From a virus (taxonomy: Duplodnaviria > Caudoviricetes), in the IMG/VR virus record IMGVR_UViG_3300034283_002405, positions 1 through 30,694 of that record: DNA of 30,694 nt; one strand, 5' to 3'. Under the pieces are notes generated by a model, which searched no databases, was not told the DNA's origin, and was given only the letters and a program-made list of their open reading frames with translations. This document shows, piece after piece, positions 15,428 to 25,041 of this stretch; within the stretch, counting starts at the first letter, position 1; every line of letters starts with the position of its first letter. The translations under genes were made by a program, and so were the position numbers.

Positions 15428-17325
15428 TGGAGCTGGCTATTGACATTGAAACCTACAGCGAAAATGACATAAAATGGGGCGTGCACAAATACGCTGAGTG
15501 TCCTAAATTCGAAATCTTACTTTTTGCCTATTCAATTGACGCTGGTCCTGTGCAAATCATTGACTTGGCAATGGGTGAAAAAATACCTGGTGAAATTTAC
15601 AATTTGCTTACTGACGAGACTTGCACAAAAACAGCCTACAACGCAGCCTTTGAGATGACTTGTCTGCAAGCCTATTTAAAAATACAACTTGATCCTCACC
15701 AATGGAGTTGCACGCAAGCACTTGCAGCTCAAGCGGGTTGGCCGTTTGGTTTGGGCAATGTTGCCAAGGCAATGGGCAATGCAGTCCAAAAAGACACCAA
15801 AGGCAAAGAACTTATTAAATTTTTCACTATGCCTTGCGTCCCTTCAAGATCAAACAACATGCGCACACGCAACAGGCCAATTGACGATTTTGACAAGTGG
15901 GCAAATTTTAAAAGTTATTGCATACAAGATGTTGAGACTGAGCTGGGCATACGTGCGCAGCTTTCTTGGTTTATTGTGCCTGAGTTTGAGAAGGAAGTTT
16001 GGGCATTGGACCAACAGATTAACAACAGAGGCGTGAAAGTTGATTTGGAACTTGTCAGAAACGCTGTTGCCATGGATAAAATAGTGGCTGACAAGTTAGT
16101 TGAGGAAATGTTTGAACTTACGCAAATCTCCAATCCAAAGTCAAACGCTCAAGTCAAAAAATTTATTATGGACGCAACAGGTGAGGACGTCAAATCTTTG
16201 AACAAGGGAGCTATGGCAGAAGTCAACACGATGTTTAAAGACACTGAAATTGAGCACGTGTTGAAGATTCGTGAAAAGCTTAGCAGAACGTCTATAAAAA
16301 AGTTTACAGCCATTTTAAACAGCGCTTGCAATGACGGCTGCGTCAAAGGTTTGTTCCAATATTATGGCGCCAACAGGACAGGCCGTTGGGCTGGCAGAAA
16401 TGTGCAACTCCAGAACTTGAAGCGCAATGATCTCAAAGAGCTTGACTTGGCTAGGCAACTTGTCAAAGAAAACAATTTGGAGGTGCTTGAGCTGCTATTT
16501 GATGACGTTGGATATGTCTTGAGCAATCTGATAAGGACTGCGTTTGTTGCTTCACCTGGCAACAGTCTAATCGTGTCAGATTTAAGTGCAATTGAAGCAA
16601 GGATCATTGCTTGGCTTGCTGGCGAAAAGTGGAGGCTTGACGTTTTTGCAACACACGGCAAAATTTACGAAGCCAGCGCTTCTGTTATGTTCAAAATCCC
16701 TCTTAATGAAATCACCAAAGAACTGAGGCAAAAAGGTAAAATTGCAGAGCTTGCTCTTGGATACCAGGGCGCTGTTGGTGCGCTTGAGCGAATGGGTGGC
16801 GCTGCAATGGGTTTGTCAAGTGACGAGATGACAAGGCTTGTCAAGCAGTGGCGCAATGGGAACAAAAAGATTGTTGATCTTTGGACAACTGTCAATGACT
16901 GCGCAATTGAGGCTATTATGTACGGCTCCAGCAAAATGGACAAATTAAATTTTTCCTTTAAAAATAAAAACCTGATCATTGAGCTTCCTTCTGGACGCAA
17001 TTTGATTTATATTTCAGCAACATATAACGGCAAGGCAATCACTTACAAAGGCATGGATCAAACGACAAAGCAATGGTCCACTCAAGACACGTATGGAGGC
17101 AAGCTTGTCGAAAATATTGTGCAAGCCATTGCCAGAGATGTTTTGACTGAGGCTTTGAAACGTCTGAAAAATTACAACATTGTCATGCACGTGCATGATG
17201 AGATAGTAATTGACGGCAATGTTGATGAGAAGCTAATGACTGACGCAATGAGATCACCTATGCCGTGGGCTCCTGACTTGCATTTGGGTGCTGAGACTTT
17301 CACAGCACAATACTATCAAAAATAA
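15427..17325 (+). CDS. polA: Family A DNA polymerase with 3'-5' exonuclease domain
   Basis: ExoI IDIETYS, ExoII YNAAFE, ExoIII YCIQD; RTGRW; motif A DLSAIEAR, motif B RQKGKIAELALGYQG, motif C HVHDE. Confidence 0.96.
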   Translation: MELAIDIETYSENDIKWGVHKYAECPKFEILLFAYSIDAGPVQIIDLAMGEKIPGEIYNLLTDETCTKTAYNAAFEMTCLQAYLKIQLDPHQWSCTQALAAQAGWPFGLGNVAKAMGNAVQKDTKGKELIKFFTMPCVPSRSNNMRTRNRPIDDFDKWANFKSYCIQDVETELGIRAQLSWFIVPEFEKEVWALDQQINNRGVKVDLELVRNAVAMDKIVADKLVEEMFELTQISNPKSNAQVKKFIMDATGEDVKSLNKGAMAEVNTMFKDTEIEHVLKIREKLSRTSIKKFTAILNSACNDGCVKGLFQYYGANRTGRWAGRNVQLQNLKRNDLKELDLARQLVKENNLEVLELLFDDVGYVLSNLIRTAFVASPGNSLIVSDLSAIEARIIAWLAGEKWRLDVFATHGKIYEASASVMFKIPLNEITKELRQKGKIAELALGYQGAVGALERMGGAAMGLSSDEMTRLVKQWRNGNKKIVDLWTTVNDCAIEAIMYGSSKMDKLNFSFKNKNLIIELPSGRNLIYISATYNGKAITYKGMDQTTKQWSTQDTYGGKLVENIVQAIARDVLTEALKRLKNYNIVMHVHDEIVIDGNVDEKLMTDAMRSPMPWAPDLHLGAETFTAQYYQK

Positions 17326-17343
17326 AAACTAATTATAAAAAAT

Positions 17344-19755
17344 ATGAGATTCAATATTGCAGTTGGCAAATCACGACTAGACAAAAAATGGCAAAACAAA
17401 CAAGTCACCTGGGAGCAATTCCTTAAAAAAATAGAGACCACTCACAGGAGCGTTGAGACAGTTGAAGATTATGTGAGCTTTAAAAAAGAACGTCAAGACG
17501 AAATCAAAGACGTTGGAGGGTTTGTTGGTGGCCACTTGGCTGGAGGCCGTAGGCTTGTTGGCTCAATCACGTCAAGACAACTGTTGACTTTTGACGCTGA
17601 CGAGGCGGACGTTGATTTTTGGGAAAAATTTTGCTTGCAATATGACTGCGCAGCTGCCATATACTCAACGCACAAACACACACCTGAGAAGCCTAGATAT
17701 AGGCTAGTGATACCAATGTCACGTGAGGTCCTTTGTGACGAATACAGCGCTATTATGAGACGCTTGGCAGGAGACATTGGCATTGACCAATTTGACGTCA
17801 CAGGCTACCAGCCTCACAGGCTTATGTATTGGCCAAGCACCAGCTCCAATGGTGAGTATGTTTATAAAACTCAAGACGGTGAGTGGCTCAATCCTGACGA
17901 AATACTTGCCACCTACAGAAATTGGCAAGACGTATCCGAGTGGCCAATTGGCATACGTGAGAATAAAATTTTAACCTTTGAAGCTAAAAAGCAAGGAGAG
18001 CCTGTTGACAAGCCAGGGCTTATTGGTGCTTTCAATAGGGCGTACACGATAAGTGAAGCAATTGAAAAATATTTGCCTGAAACTTACTTGCCGTGTGACA
18101 TAGACGGACGTTACACTTACGCAGAAGGCTCAACAGGCGCTGGAGTTGTAATTTATGACAACAAATTTAGTTTTAGTCATCATTCAACTGATCCAGCTTC
18201 AAATGTCCTGTGCAATGCTTTTGACCTGGTGCGCTTGCACAAATTCAGTCTTATGGACGAAGGCTCTGAGGCGCCAATTAATAAAAGACCGTCTTATTTG
18301 GCAATGTCAAGTCTTGTGTCAAATGATACGCTAGTAAAGCAGCAACTTGGTGAAGCTAAGTTGCACGCAGCTCAGGAAGCCTTTGGCGACATTGGTGACG
18401 CTGCAACAAAAGAAGTTGACTTGGAATGGCTCAAAGAAATGGACGTTGACCGCAAAGGAAACTATTTGCTGACGATCAACAATGTTGCTTTGATTTTAGA
18501 ACATGATCCAATCTTTGCAGACAACATTGCCTTTGACGAGTTTAAACAACAGGCAATCCTTAAACGCAACACACCCTGGCGAGATGTTGACGACAAGCCA
18601 ATGCTTAATGACAATGACTTGGCTAATATTGAAAATTATATTGAGAAGGTTTACAAACTATCGTCTGGGACCAAACTAAACAAAGGACTTTTAGTGGTGC
18701 TTGAGCGCTTTTCGTTTCACCCTATCACCACTTATTTGAGGAGTTTGAAATGGGACGGAGTCAACAGGCTTGACACGCTTTTGATTGACTACTTAGGCGC
18801 TGAGGACAACAGATACACACGCAACGTGACACGCAAATCTCTAGTTGCTTGCGCTGCCAGAGTCTTGCAGCCAGGTATAAAATTTGACAACGTGTTGACG
18901 CTTGTTGGTGAGGAAGGACAAGGAAAGTCTGCGCTTTGGGACAAACTTGGTGGCAAATGGTTTTCTGACACTTTCAACTTACACATGCTACAATCAAAAG
19001 AAGCCTATGAGCAAATCCAAGGTGTTTGGATCATTGAAATTGGTGAGCTTGCAGGTATGGCAAAAGTTGAAGTTGAAAGGATCAAGTCTTTTATTTCAGC
19101 ACGCCAAGACAACTACAGAAGTCCTTATGGGAGGACCACAGAGCAACGCCTGAGACAATGTGTTTTCTTTGCGTCAACAAACACAACTGACTTTTTGAAG
19201 TCTCAAAACGGAAACAGACGCTTTTGGCCTGTCGCCACTTTTATCAAAAAACCAAAGGAGTCTGTCTATTCAATCAATCAACAGACCATTGACCAAATTT
19301 GGGCTGAGGCTTGCCATTTGTTTTCAAAAGGTGAAGAGCTTTATTTGAGCCAAGAGTTAGTTGCAGAGGCCAAAAAAGTCCAAAACAACTACACTGAACA
19401 AAATCCACTTGTCGAACAAATTGAGGCTTTCCTAAACATGAAATTGCCACAAGATTGGTACAATAAAACCAAGTTTGAGAAAGTTGATTTTATGTCAAAT
19501 TATAAAGAAATTGAAGTGCTTGAGGATCTTGTTGAGCGCACCAAGATTTGCAAATATGAGATTTGGGAGCTTGTGCTTATGTCAAAAGAGCCGTTGAATA
19601 TGTATGGAAATAAATTGATTCAGTCATCAATGGACAAAATTGAAGGTTGGAAAAAAACCAATGCGCAAGTCAGATTTGGGACAAGTTATCCAAGGCATAA
19701 AGGATCTTATGAGAAGATTCAAGTGGCATACACGCTTCAAGAGCTGTTAAATTGA
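17344..19755 (+). CDS. AEP-type primase fused to VirE/VapE-family ATPase (primase-helicase)
   Basis: TFDAD and YSTHKH...PRYRLVIP primase motifs; Walker A GEEGQGKS; IIEIGEL; YRSPYGR; FASTN...GNRRFWP. Confidence 0.92.
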   Translation: MRFNIAVGKSRLDKKWQNKQVTWEQFLKKIETTHRSVETVEDYVSFKKERQDEIKDVGGFVGGHLAGGRRLVGSITSRQLLTFDADEADVDFWEKFCLQYDCAAAIYSTHKHTPEKPRYRLVIPMSREVLCDEYSAIMRRLAGDIGIDQFDVTGYQPHRLMYWPSTSSNGEYVYKTQDGEWLNPDEILATYRNWQDVSEWPIGIRENKILTFEAKKQGEPVDKPGLIGAFNRAYTISEAIEKYLPETYLPCDIDGRYTYAEGSTGAGVVIYDNKFSFSHHSTDPASNVLCNAFDLVRLHKFSLMDEGSEAPINKRPSYLAMSSLVSNDTLVKQQLGEAKLHAAQEAFGDIGDAATKEVDLEWLKEMDVDRKGNYLLTINNVALILEHDPIFADNIAFDEFKQQAILKRNTPWRDVDDKPMLNDNDLANIENYIEKVYKLSSGTKLNKGLLVVLERFSFHPITTYLRSLKWDGVNRLDTLLIDYLGAEDNRYTRNVTRKSLVACAARVLQPGIKFDNVLTLVGEEGQGKSALWDKLGGKWFSDTFNLHMLQSKEAYEQIQGVWIIEIGELAGMAKVEVERIKSFISARQDNYRSPYGRTTEQRLRQCVFFASTNTTDFLKSQNGNRRFWPVATFIKKPKESVYSINQQTIDQIWAEACHLFSKGEELYLSQELVAEAKKVQNNYTEQNPLVEQIEAFLNMKLPQDWYNKTKFEKVDFMSNYKEIEVLEDLVERTKICKYEIWELVLMSKEPLNMYGNKLIQSSMDKIEGWKKTNAQVRFGTSYPRHKGSYEKIQVAYTLQELLN

Positions 19756-20040
19756 GGTGGCATACTAAAAAAGGCTTAATGGCATACCAAAAAAACAGAA
19801 AACATCCACCAAAATGCCACTTAAAATGTTTATTATTAATTATTTATATATAGTGGCATACTTGTCATACTACTATAAAGAAATAAATTGAATTAGAGTA
19901 TAAAATAGGTGCTTTATAGTCTAATCTAATATACTATATAAGAAAAATAGTGAGCCAAGTATGCCAGCGCGCTTAAACTATTGATTTAAAGTATTTTATG
20001 CGGATTTTTGGTGGTGCCTTTATTTTTTAAGGGTGCCACC
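19723..20040. repeat. Putative replication origin: TGGCATAC repeats in a large nested inverted repeat around an AT-rich core
   Basis: (G)TGGCATAC at 19723, 19757, 19780, 19853; inverted copies at 19814, 19959 and ~20033; largest non-coding gap, right after the primase. Confidence 0.7.
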
Positions 20041-20060
20041 ACCCAAAAAAGACAAAAAAA

Positions 20061-20336
20061 ATGGAAAAACAGATTGAAAACTATTTGAGAATTGAAATAA
20101 AAAAAATTGGAGGCCTAGCATTAAAATTTACGTCACCAAGTTTTTCTGGCGTGCCTGATCGAATAATTTTATACAAAGGCAAAACATTTTTTGTTGAAGT
20201 GAAAGCAGAAGGAAAAAAATTGAGACCTCGTCAAGAGTTTGTCAAAAAGCAATTTGAAAAGTTAGGCTTTGAAGTTTTAATAATTGACAACAAGGAAAAA
20301 ATAAAAAAATTAATACATGATCTACAAACCGCGTAA
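20061..20336 (+). CDS. VRR-NUC nuclease (Holliday-junction-resolvase-like)
   Basis: EKQIE, GGLALKF.SP..SGVPDRI, FFVEVK, LRPRQ. Confidence 0.92.
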   Translation: MEKQIENYLRIEIKKIGGLALKFTSPSFSGVPDRIILYKGKTFFVEVKAEGKKLRPRQEFVKKQFEKLGFEVLIIDNKEKIKKLIHDLQTA

Positions 20337-21696
20337 ATACCAACAGCACACAACTGAGCAAATTGTGAAGCTCTCAGAAGTTGGACCATTTCTGGACATG
20401 GGACTTGGCAAGACGGTCTCAACACTGACTGCCATAGTTGAATTGCTGAGCACAGGACAAGCCAAAAAGGTTTTGATCATTGCACCCAAAAAAGTTGCAG
20501 AGACTGTGTGGACTGACGAAATTGAAAAGTGGGACCACTTAAACCACTTAAAGAGCTCACAAATTTTAGGTCCTGAGAAAAACAGGAAAAAAGCTTTGGC
20601 AGCTTCTGCAAACATTTATATCATTAACCGTGAAAATATCGTTTGGCTTGTAGCACTGCTTGGAAACAATTGGCCGTTTGACATGGTTATTGTTGACGAG
20701 TCCTCAAGTTTTAAAAATCCAAACTCACAAAGGTTTAAGTCTTTAAAGCTTGTGAGGAGTTACATAAAACGAGTGGTGTGTTTGACAGGAACGCCAGCAC
20801 CAAATGGACTGCTTGACTTGTGGAGTCAAGTGTACTTGTTGGACAAAGGCAAAAGACTTGGAGAGACTTACACGCGTTACCGAGATAAGTATTTCAACGC
20901 TGGCAAAAGAGACGGACATATTGTTTTCAATTACAACTTGAAAAAAGGTGACAACTTACTTGGTGACGATTTTTACAGAAAAGAAATTTTTGACAGAATT
21001 GGTGACATTTGCTTTTCAATGAAGACAACAGACTATTTGGAGCTGCCAGATAAAATTGACAACAATCAATTCATCGTCCTTCCAAAAGATGTCCAGGCAA
21101 AATATGACGAATTTGAACGTGAGCAAGTCTTGTCATTTGCTGACAAAGAAATTACGGCAATAAATGCAGCTGCATTGACCAACAAACTTTTGCAATTTGC
21201 CAATGGCATGGTTTATGACGAAAATAAATTGTCACATGAGGTGCACAGTGAAAAACTTGACAGGCTCAAAGAAGTTGTTGAGGAGTTACAAGACAAGCCT
21301 GTGCTTGTTTTCTATACTTACACAAGTGACAAAGATAGGATTTTGTTAAATTTTAAACAGGCAAGGACTCTCAAGACACCTCAGGACATAAAAGATTGGA
21401 ACGAAGGCAAAATAAAGATGTTGGTGACGCACCCAGCAAGTGCAGGCCACGGCTTAAACTTGCAATTTGGTGGCACAAACTTGCTTTGGTACGGTTGCCC
21501 CTGGAGTCTTGAGCAATATTTGCAAGGCATAAAACGTGTGCACAGAAACGGAGTGGCTGGAGTTGTAACCAACACCAGGCTAATTGTCAAAAACACGATT
21601 GACGAAGATGTGATCCAAACTTTGGAAAGCAAAGACAAGGTCCAAGAGGCAATGATTAAGGCTGTAAGAGCTCGAATTGAAAAATACACAAAATAG
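20317..21696 (+). CDS. SNF2-family helicase
   Basis: LDMGLGKT, IIAP, IVDESS, LTGTP, SAGHGLNLQ, Q...RVHRNG. Confidence 0.93.
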   Translation: MIYKPRKYQQHTTEQIVKLSEVGPFLDMGLGKTVSTLTAIVELLSTGQAKKVLIIAPKKVAETVWTDEIEKWDHLNHLKSSQILGPEKNRKKALAASANIYIINRENIVWLVALLGNNWPFDMVIVDESSSFKNPNSQRFKSLKLVRSYIKRVVCLTGTPAPNGLLDLWSQVYLLDKGKRLGETYTRYRDKYFNAGKRDGHIVFNYNLKKGDNLLGDDFYRKEIFDRIGDICFSMKTTDYLELPDKIDNNQFIVLPKDVQAKYDEFEREQVLSFADKEITAINAAALTNKLLQFANGMVYDENKLSHEVHSEKLDRLKEVVEELQDKPVLVFYTYTSDKDRILLNFKQARTLKTPQDIKDWNEGKIKMLVTHPASAGHGLNLQFGGTNLLWYGCPWSLEQYLQGIKRVHRNGVAGVVTNTRLIVKNTIDEDVIQTLESKDKVQEAMIKAVRARIEKYTK

Positions 21697-21718
21697 TAAA
21701 ATGCTTTTATTAAATTTG
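21696..21718 (+). promoter_or_regulatory. Promoter of the terminase operon with adjacent operator-like palindrome
   Basis: GTAAAA-tgc-TTTTAT followed by TAAATTTG; ATG 4 nt later. Confidence 0.65.
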
Positions 21719-21722
21719 CAAT

Positions 21723-22169
21723 ATGGTTAGTAAAAAAGGACAAGGGACCAAATATGAGTCAAAGTATGATCCCAAATTAGTTGAGGCCATGCTTGCTGAA
21801 ATATCAGAAGGAACTCCAGCAAGTAAAGTTTACAAAAAATACAAAGTTTCACACACTATTTTTTACGAATGGGTAAAGCGCAAGGAATGGATTGAGAAAT
21901 ACGCGTGCGCAAAGGAGGACAGGGCCTACAAAATTTTTGAAGAGATTTTGGAAATAGCTGACGATAAAAGTGAAGACGTCATAATTATTGACGGCAAAAA
22001 GTACATGAACGCTGAATTTGTGCAAAGGTCCAGACTGCGAATTGACGCACGCAAATGGTTTTTGTCCAAAATGCTTCCAAGGAAATTTGGTGAAAAAATT
22101 GACATCACTACCAACGGAGGTGAAATGGCTCCTGTAGTTGTTAACTTAGGCAACGGCACAAAATCGTGA
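21723..22169 (+). CDS. terS: Terminase small subunit (Sf6-like)
   Basis: N-terminal HTH, EEILEIADD, VQRSRLRIDARKW.LSKM.PRKFGEK; directly before terL. Confidence 0.9.
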   Translation: MVSKKGQGTKYESKYDPKLVEAMLAEISEGTPASKVYKKYKVSHTIFYEWVKRKEWIEKYACAKEDRAYKIFEEILEIADDKSEDVIIIDGKKYMNAEFVQRSRLRIDARKWFLSKMLPRKFGEKIDITTNGGEMAPVVVNLGNGTKS

Positions 22170-23464
22170 AGCTGCTAAGCAAACAAGAGAACGCTGTCTA
22201 TTTCTTGAAGGACCAGGAGACAGAGGAGCTGTTGTATGGTGGCGCTGCTGGAGGTGGCAAAAGTGCGTTTGGCTGTCTTTGGCTTATTGAAAATTGCTTG
22301 GTGCACAAAGAGACCAGGTGGCTTTTGGGGCGAGCAAAACTCAAAACGCTAAAAGAAACAACGCTCAACACGTTTTTTGACCTTTCGTCAAAACTTGGCT
22401 TGCAAAATCAATTCACCTTCAACGCTCAATCCAACACAATCAAATGGAAAAACGGCAGTGAGATCCTTTTAAAAGATTTGTTTTTATATCCTTCTGATCC
22501 AAACTTTGACGGCCTTGGCTCTTTGGAAATTACAGGCGCATTTATTGACGAGTGCAATCAAATCACATATAAAGCTTGGCAAATCGTCAAATCTCGAATA
22601 CGCTACAAGCTTGTAAACAATAGGCCAAAAATGTTGGGCACATGCAATCCAGCAAAAAATTGGACGTATGCAGAATTTTACAAACCTGACAGAGACAAAA
22701 CGCTCCCAGCTTACAGGAAATTTATCCAGGCATTGCCAAAGGACAACAAGCACTTGCCTGAGGCATACGTCAACAGCTTGTCAAGACTTGACCAAACCAG
22801 CAAAGAGCGCTTGCTGTTTGGAAATTGGGAATATGACGATGATCCAAGTGCGCTTATTGACACGGACAGCATACAGGACTATTTTAGTCCTTCACATGTT
22901 GCAGGCAAAGGCGTGAAATATTTGACAATTGACGTTGCCCGGAAAGGCAAGGACAAAACTATTTTCAGAGTTTGGCACGGCTGGCTGTGCGTCAAGAGAT
23001 ACGAAATCACCAAAGGACCGTTGACAGATGTAGTGGCAAAAGCCAAAGCCATTCAAGTTGAGCACGGCATAAGCCTAAACAACACAGTTGCTGACGAGGA
23101 CGGAGTCGGAGGTGGCGTTGTTGACTTTTTGGGCTGCAAAGGTTTTATCAATAACTCAAAGCCACTACTTGACGAGAATTATGAGAACTTGAAAAGTCAA
23201 TGCAGCATACGCATGGCTGAAAAAATAGTGAACAGAGAGACAGCTGAAATTTGCACAGATGTGCAAGTGAGGGCAATGACGTCTGAGGAAATGGAGCAAG
23301 TGAAGATGAAGGATATTGACAAGGACGGCAAGCCAGCAATTGTGTCCAAAGACAATGTCAAAGAAAAGCTTGGACGATCACCTGACGAGTGGGATTCAAT
23401 CATGATGAGATTTTATTTTGAGCTCGTGTATAAAAGATTTAGCAGAAAAGCAAGAAATATTTAA
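22166..23464 (+). CDS. terL: Terminase large subunit
   Basis: Walker A YGGAAGGGKS, Walker B AFIDE, TCNP, RLLFGNW; nuclease IDVAR.GKD, DEDGVGGGV, RSPDEWD. Confidence 0.95.
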   Translation: MKLLSKQENAVYFLKDQETEELLYGGAAGGGKSAFGCLWLIENCLVHKETRWLLGRAKLKTLKETTLNTFFDLSSKLGLQNQFTFNAQSNTIKWKNGSEILLKDLFLYPSDPNFDGLGSLEITGAFIDECNQITYKAWQIVKSRIRYKLVNNRPKMLGTCNPAKNWTYAEFYKPDRDKTLPAYRKFIQALPKDNKHLPEAYVNSLSRLDQTSKERLLFGNWEYDDDPSALIDTDSIQDYFSPSHVAGKGVKYLTIDVARKGKDKTIFRVWHGWLCVKRYEITKGPLTDVVAKAKAIQVEHGISLNNTVADEDGVGGGVVDFLGCKGFINNSKPLLDENYENLKSQCSIRMAEKIVNRETAEICTDVQVRAMTSEEMEQVKMKDIDKDGKPAIVSKDNVKEKLGRSPDEWDSIMMRFYFELVYKRFSRKARNI

Positions 23465-23477
23465 TAAATTTGCAATA
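23465..23477 (+). promoter_or_regulatory. Promoter of the tail operon
   Basis: TAAATTTGCAATA, identical to the 13-mer at 21711-21723. Confidence 0.65.
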
Positions 23478-23484
23478 CTGAAAT

Positions 23485-24180
23485 ATGCCAACAATCACAA
23501 TTGACAAAAAAACGTATTTATTGAAAACGTCATTTGAGCTGCTTAGCTTTGGCGAATACAGGCGTTTGCTTATCAACAATGAAAGCACCAACAGAAACAG
23601 GCTCAATGTTTCAGTGCTTGCAGACATGCCAATTGAATTGGTGCACAAAATATCTGACGGACAAATGGCAATCATTGTGCCTCATATTGCTTTCATAGCT
23701 GAGCCAATGACGCTGCAATGTTTTGAAGTTGACAAAAACCTTTTAAAAATAATTGGTGACGAGTCCTGGATAAACTTTGAAGCTGCAAAAATGCACCTCA
23801 AGCAAAACGGAGACAAGGACATTTTGTTTGTTATTGATCAGATCATTGAAATTTACACAGGGGAAAGTGTGTTGGAGTGGCCATTGCAAAAAGCCATGAC
23901 AATAATCAATCACTATGTTGAGCAGTTGAATAGCTTTTTTGAAGCTTTCAAAAAACTAAATGAGTATAAACCAGAGACAGCTGAGGTGTTGGCTGGCGTC
24001 AGGCAACTTGACTACTTAGGATTTTATTTGACCTTGGACGCATTGACGCAGTCAGACATAACCAAACGTGAGCAAGTTAAAAACATGCCAGCTTTTGAAG
24101 TACACAATCAACTTTTGATTGATTACGAAAAGGCACAATATCAAAAACGACTAATGAAAACAAGGGAGAAAACAAAATGA
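23485..24180 (+). CDS. Tail-module protein (possible tail assembly chaperone)
   Basis: 231-aa helical protein, first gene after terL; function inferred from position only. Confidence 0.5.
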   Translation: MPTITIDKKTYLLKTSFELLSFGEYRRLLINNESTNRNRLNVSVLADMPIELVHKISDGQMAIIVPHIAFIAEPMTLQCFEVDKNLLKIIGDESWINFEAAKMHLKQNGDKDILFVIDQIIEIYTGESVLEWPLQKAMTIINHYVEQLNSFFEAFKKLNEYKPETAEVLAGVRQLDYLGFYLTLDALTQSDITKREQVKNMPAFEVHNQLLIDYEKAQYQKRLMKTREKTK

Positions 24181-24599
24181 CATATTTAGAAGTAGTGAAC
24201 GTGTTGAGCGCTGCAACAGATGTTGTTGCACCAAATGGCTTTTTTATACATGGCAAAAGACCAGACGCAAGTTTGTTTAGTATCCAAACAAACTTTCCAA
24301 TCATTTGGGCGCTTCCATTTAGAGAAAATTACAATTTGCAAACAGGCAAAATTGAAAGGCAATTGACTGTTTGTTTTTTCCTTCAGGACAGCACAAACAA
24401 CACACTTGCACAACGTCAAGCATTGATCCAAGAGGCTTGGGACTTTCAACATGATTTTATGGAATACTTGGACAACTATATGCCAAAGGCTTTCAACATT
24501 TCAGATATAATTGCCACACCTGAATATGCGCAGCTTGCAGGCACGGTGTCAGGCTATTCGGTTTCATTCAAATTTCAATCAAAATTAGTATCATGTTAA
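24177..24599 (+). CDS. Putative tail terminator/completion protein
   Basis: 140 aa alpha/beta; FP.IW and terminal G.SVSF strand; tail-module position. Confidence 0.5.
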   Translation: MTYLEVVNVLSAATDVVAPNGFFIHGKRPDASLFSIQTNFPIIWALPFRENYNLQTGKIERQLTVCFFLQDSTNNTLAQRQALIQEAWDFQHDFMEYLDNYMPKAFNISDIIATPEYAQLAGTVSGYSVSFKFQSKLVSC

Positions 24600-24865
24600 C
24601 AATTACAAAAAGCATTGAAAAGAAAATTAGCAACATAAGCAAGCAATTGCCTGTAACAACTTACGGAGTCAAAAAGCACGTTTATAAAAGGCTAGATGAC
24701 AAAAGAGTTGAACGCACAACTTACGGAGAGAACTTGCATGTTGTCAATCACAAAAACAGATTAAAAACGGCCTACAAGTCTGGAGGCGTTGAGGCTGTCA
24801 AGAAATATGTTGAAGACGTAATTGCGTTGAGTCAAGCACGCACAACAATAGCTGTGGACTTATGA
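24593..24865 (+). CDS. Basic hypothetical protein
   Basis: 90-aa ORF overlapping both neighbours. Confidence 0.6.
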   Translation: MLTITKSIEKKISNISKQLPVTTYGVKKHVYKRLDDKRVERTTYGENLHVVNHKNRLKTAYKSGGVEAVKKYVEDVIALSQARTTIAVDL

Positions 24866-25041
24866 GAGTTGACGTGAGTGAAAATGTTTTTTGTAAACTT
24901 GTGAAAGTAAATGCAAAAAGTGTTGTTTTTGACGTTTATAAAAATGGCGAGATCATTGACACAAAAGAATATTTTGACATTGCCAAAATAGACTTTGACG
25001 AAGTTAGAAAAGCATTAAAAAATAAATATAAAAACCTGTGA
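24862..25041 (+). CDS. 59-aa hypothetical protein (absent from ORF track)
   Basis: MRVDVSENVFC...KYKNL*; ATGA and GTGA overlaps on both sides. Confidence 0.65.
   Translation: MRVDVSENVFCKLVKVNAKSVVFDVYKNGEIIDTKEYFDIAKIDFDEVRKALKNKYKNL

Noticed and set aside
15689-22916. Alternative-frame plus-strand ORFs nested in polA, primase and terL (15689, 17777, 18902, 22668)
   Set aside because: Short, mostly non-ATG starts, no motifs, and fully inside conserved genes
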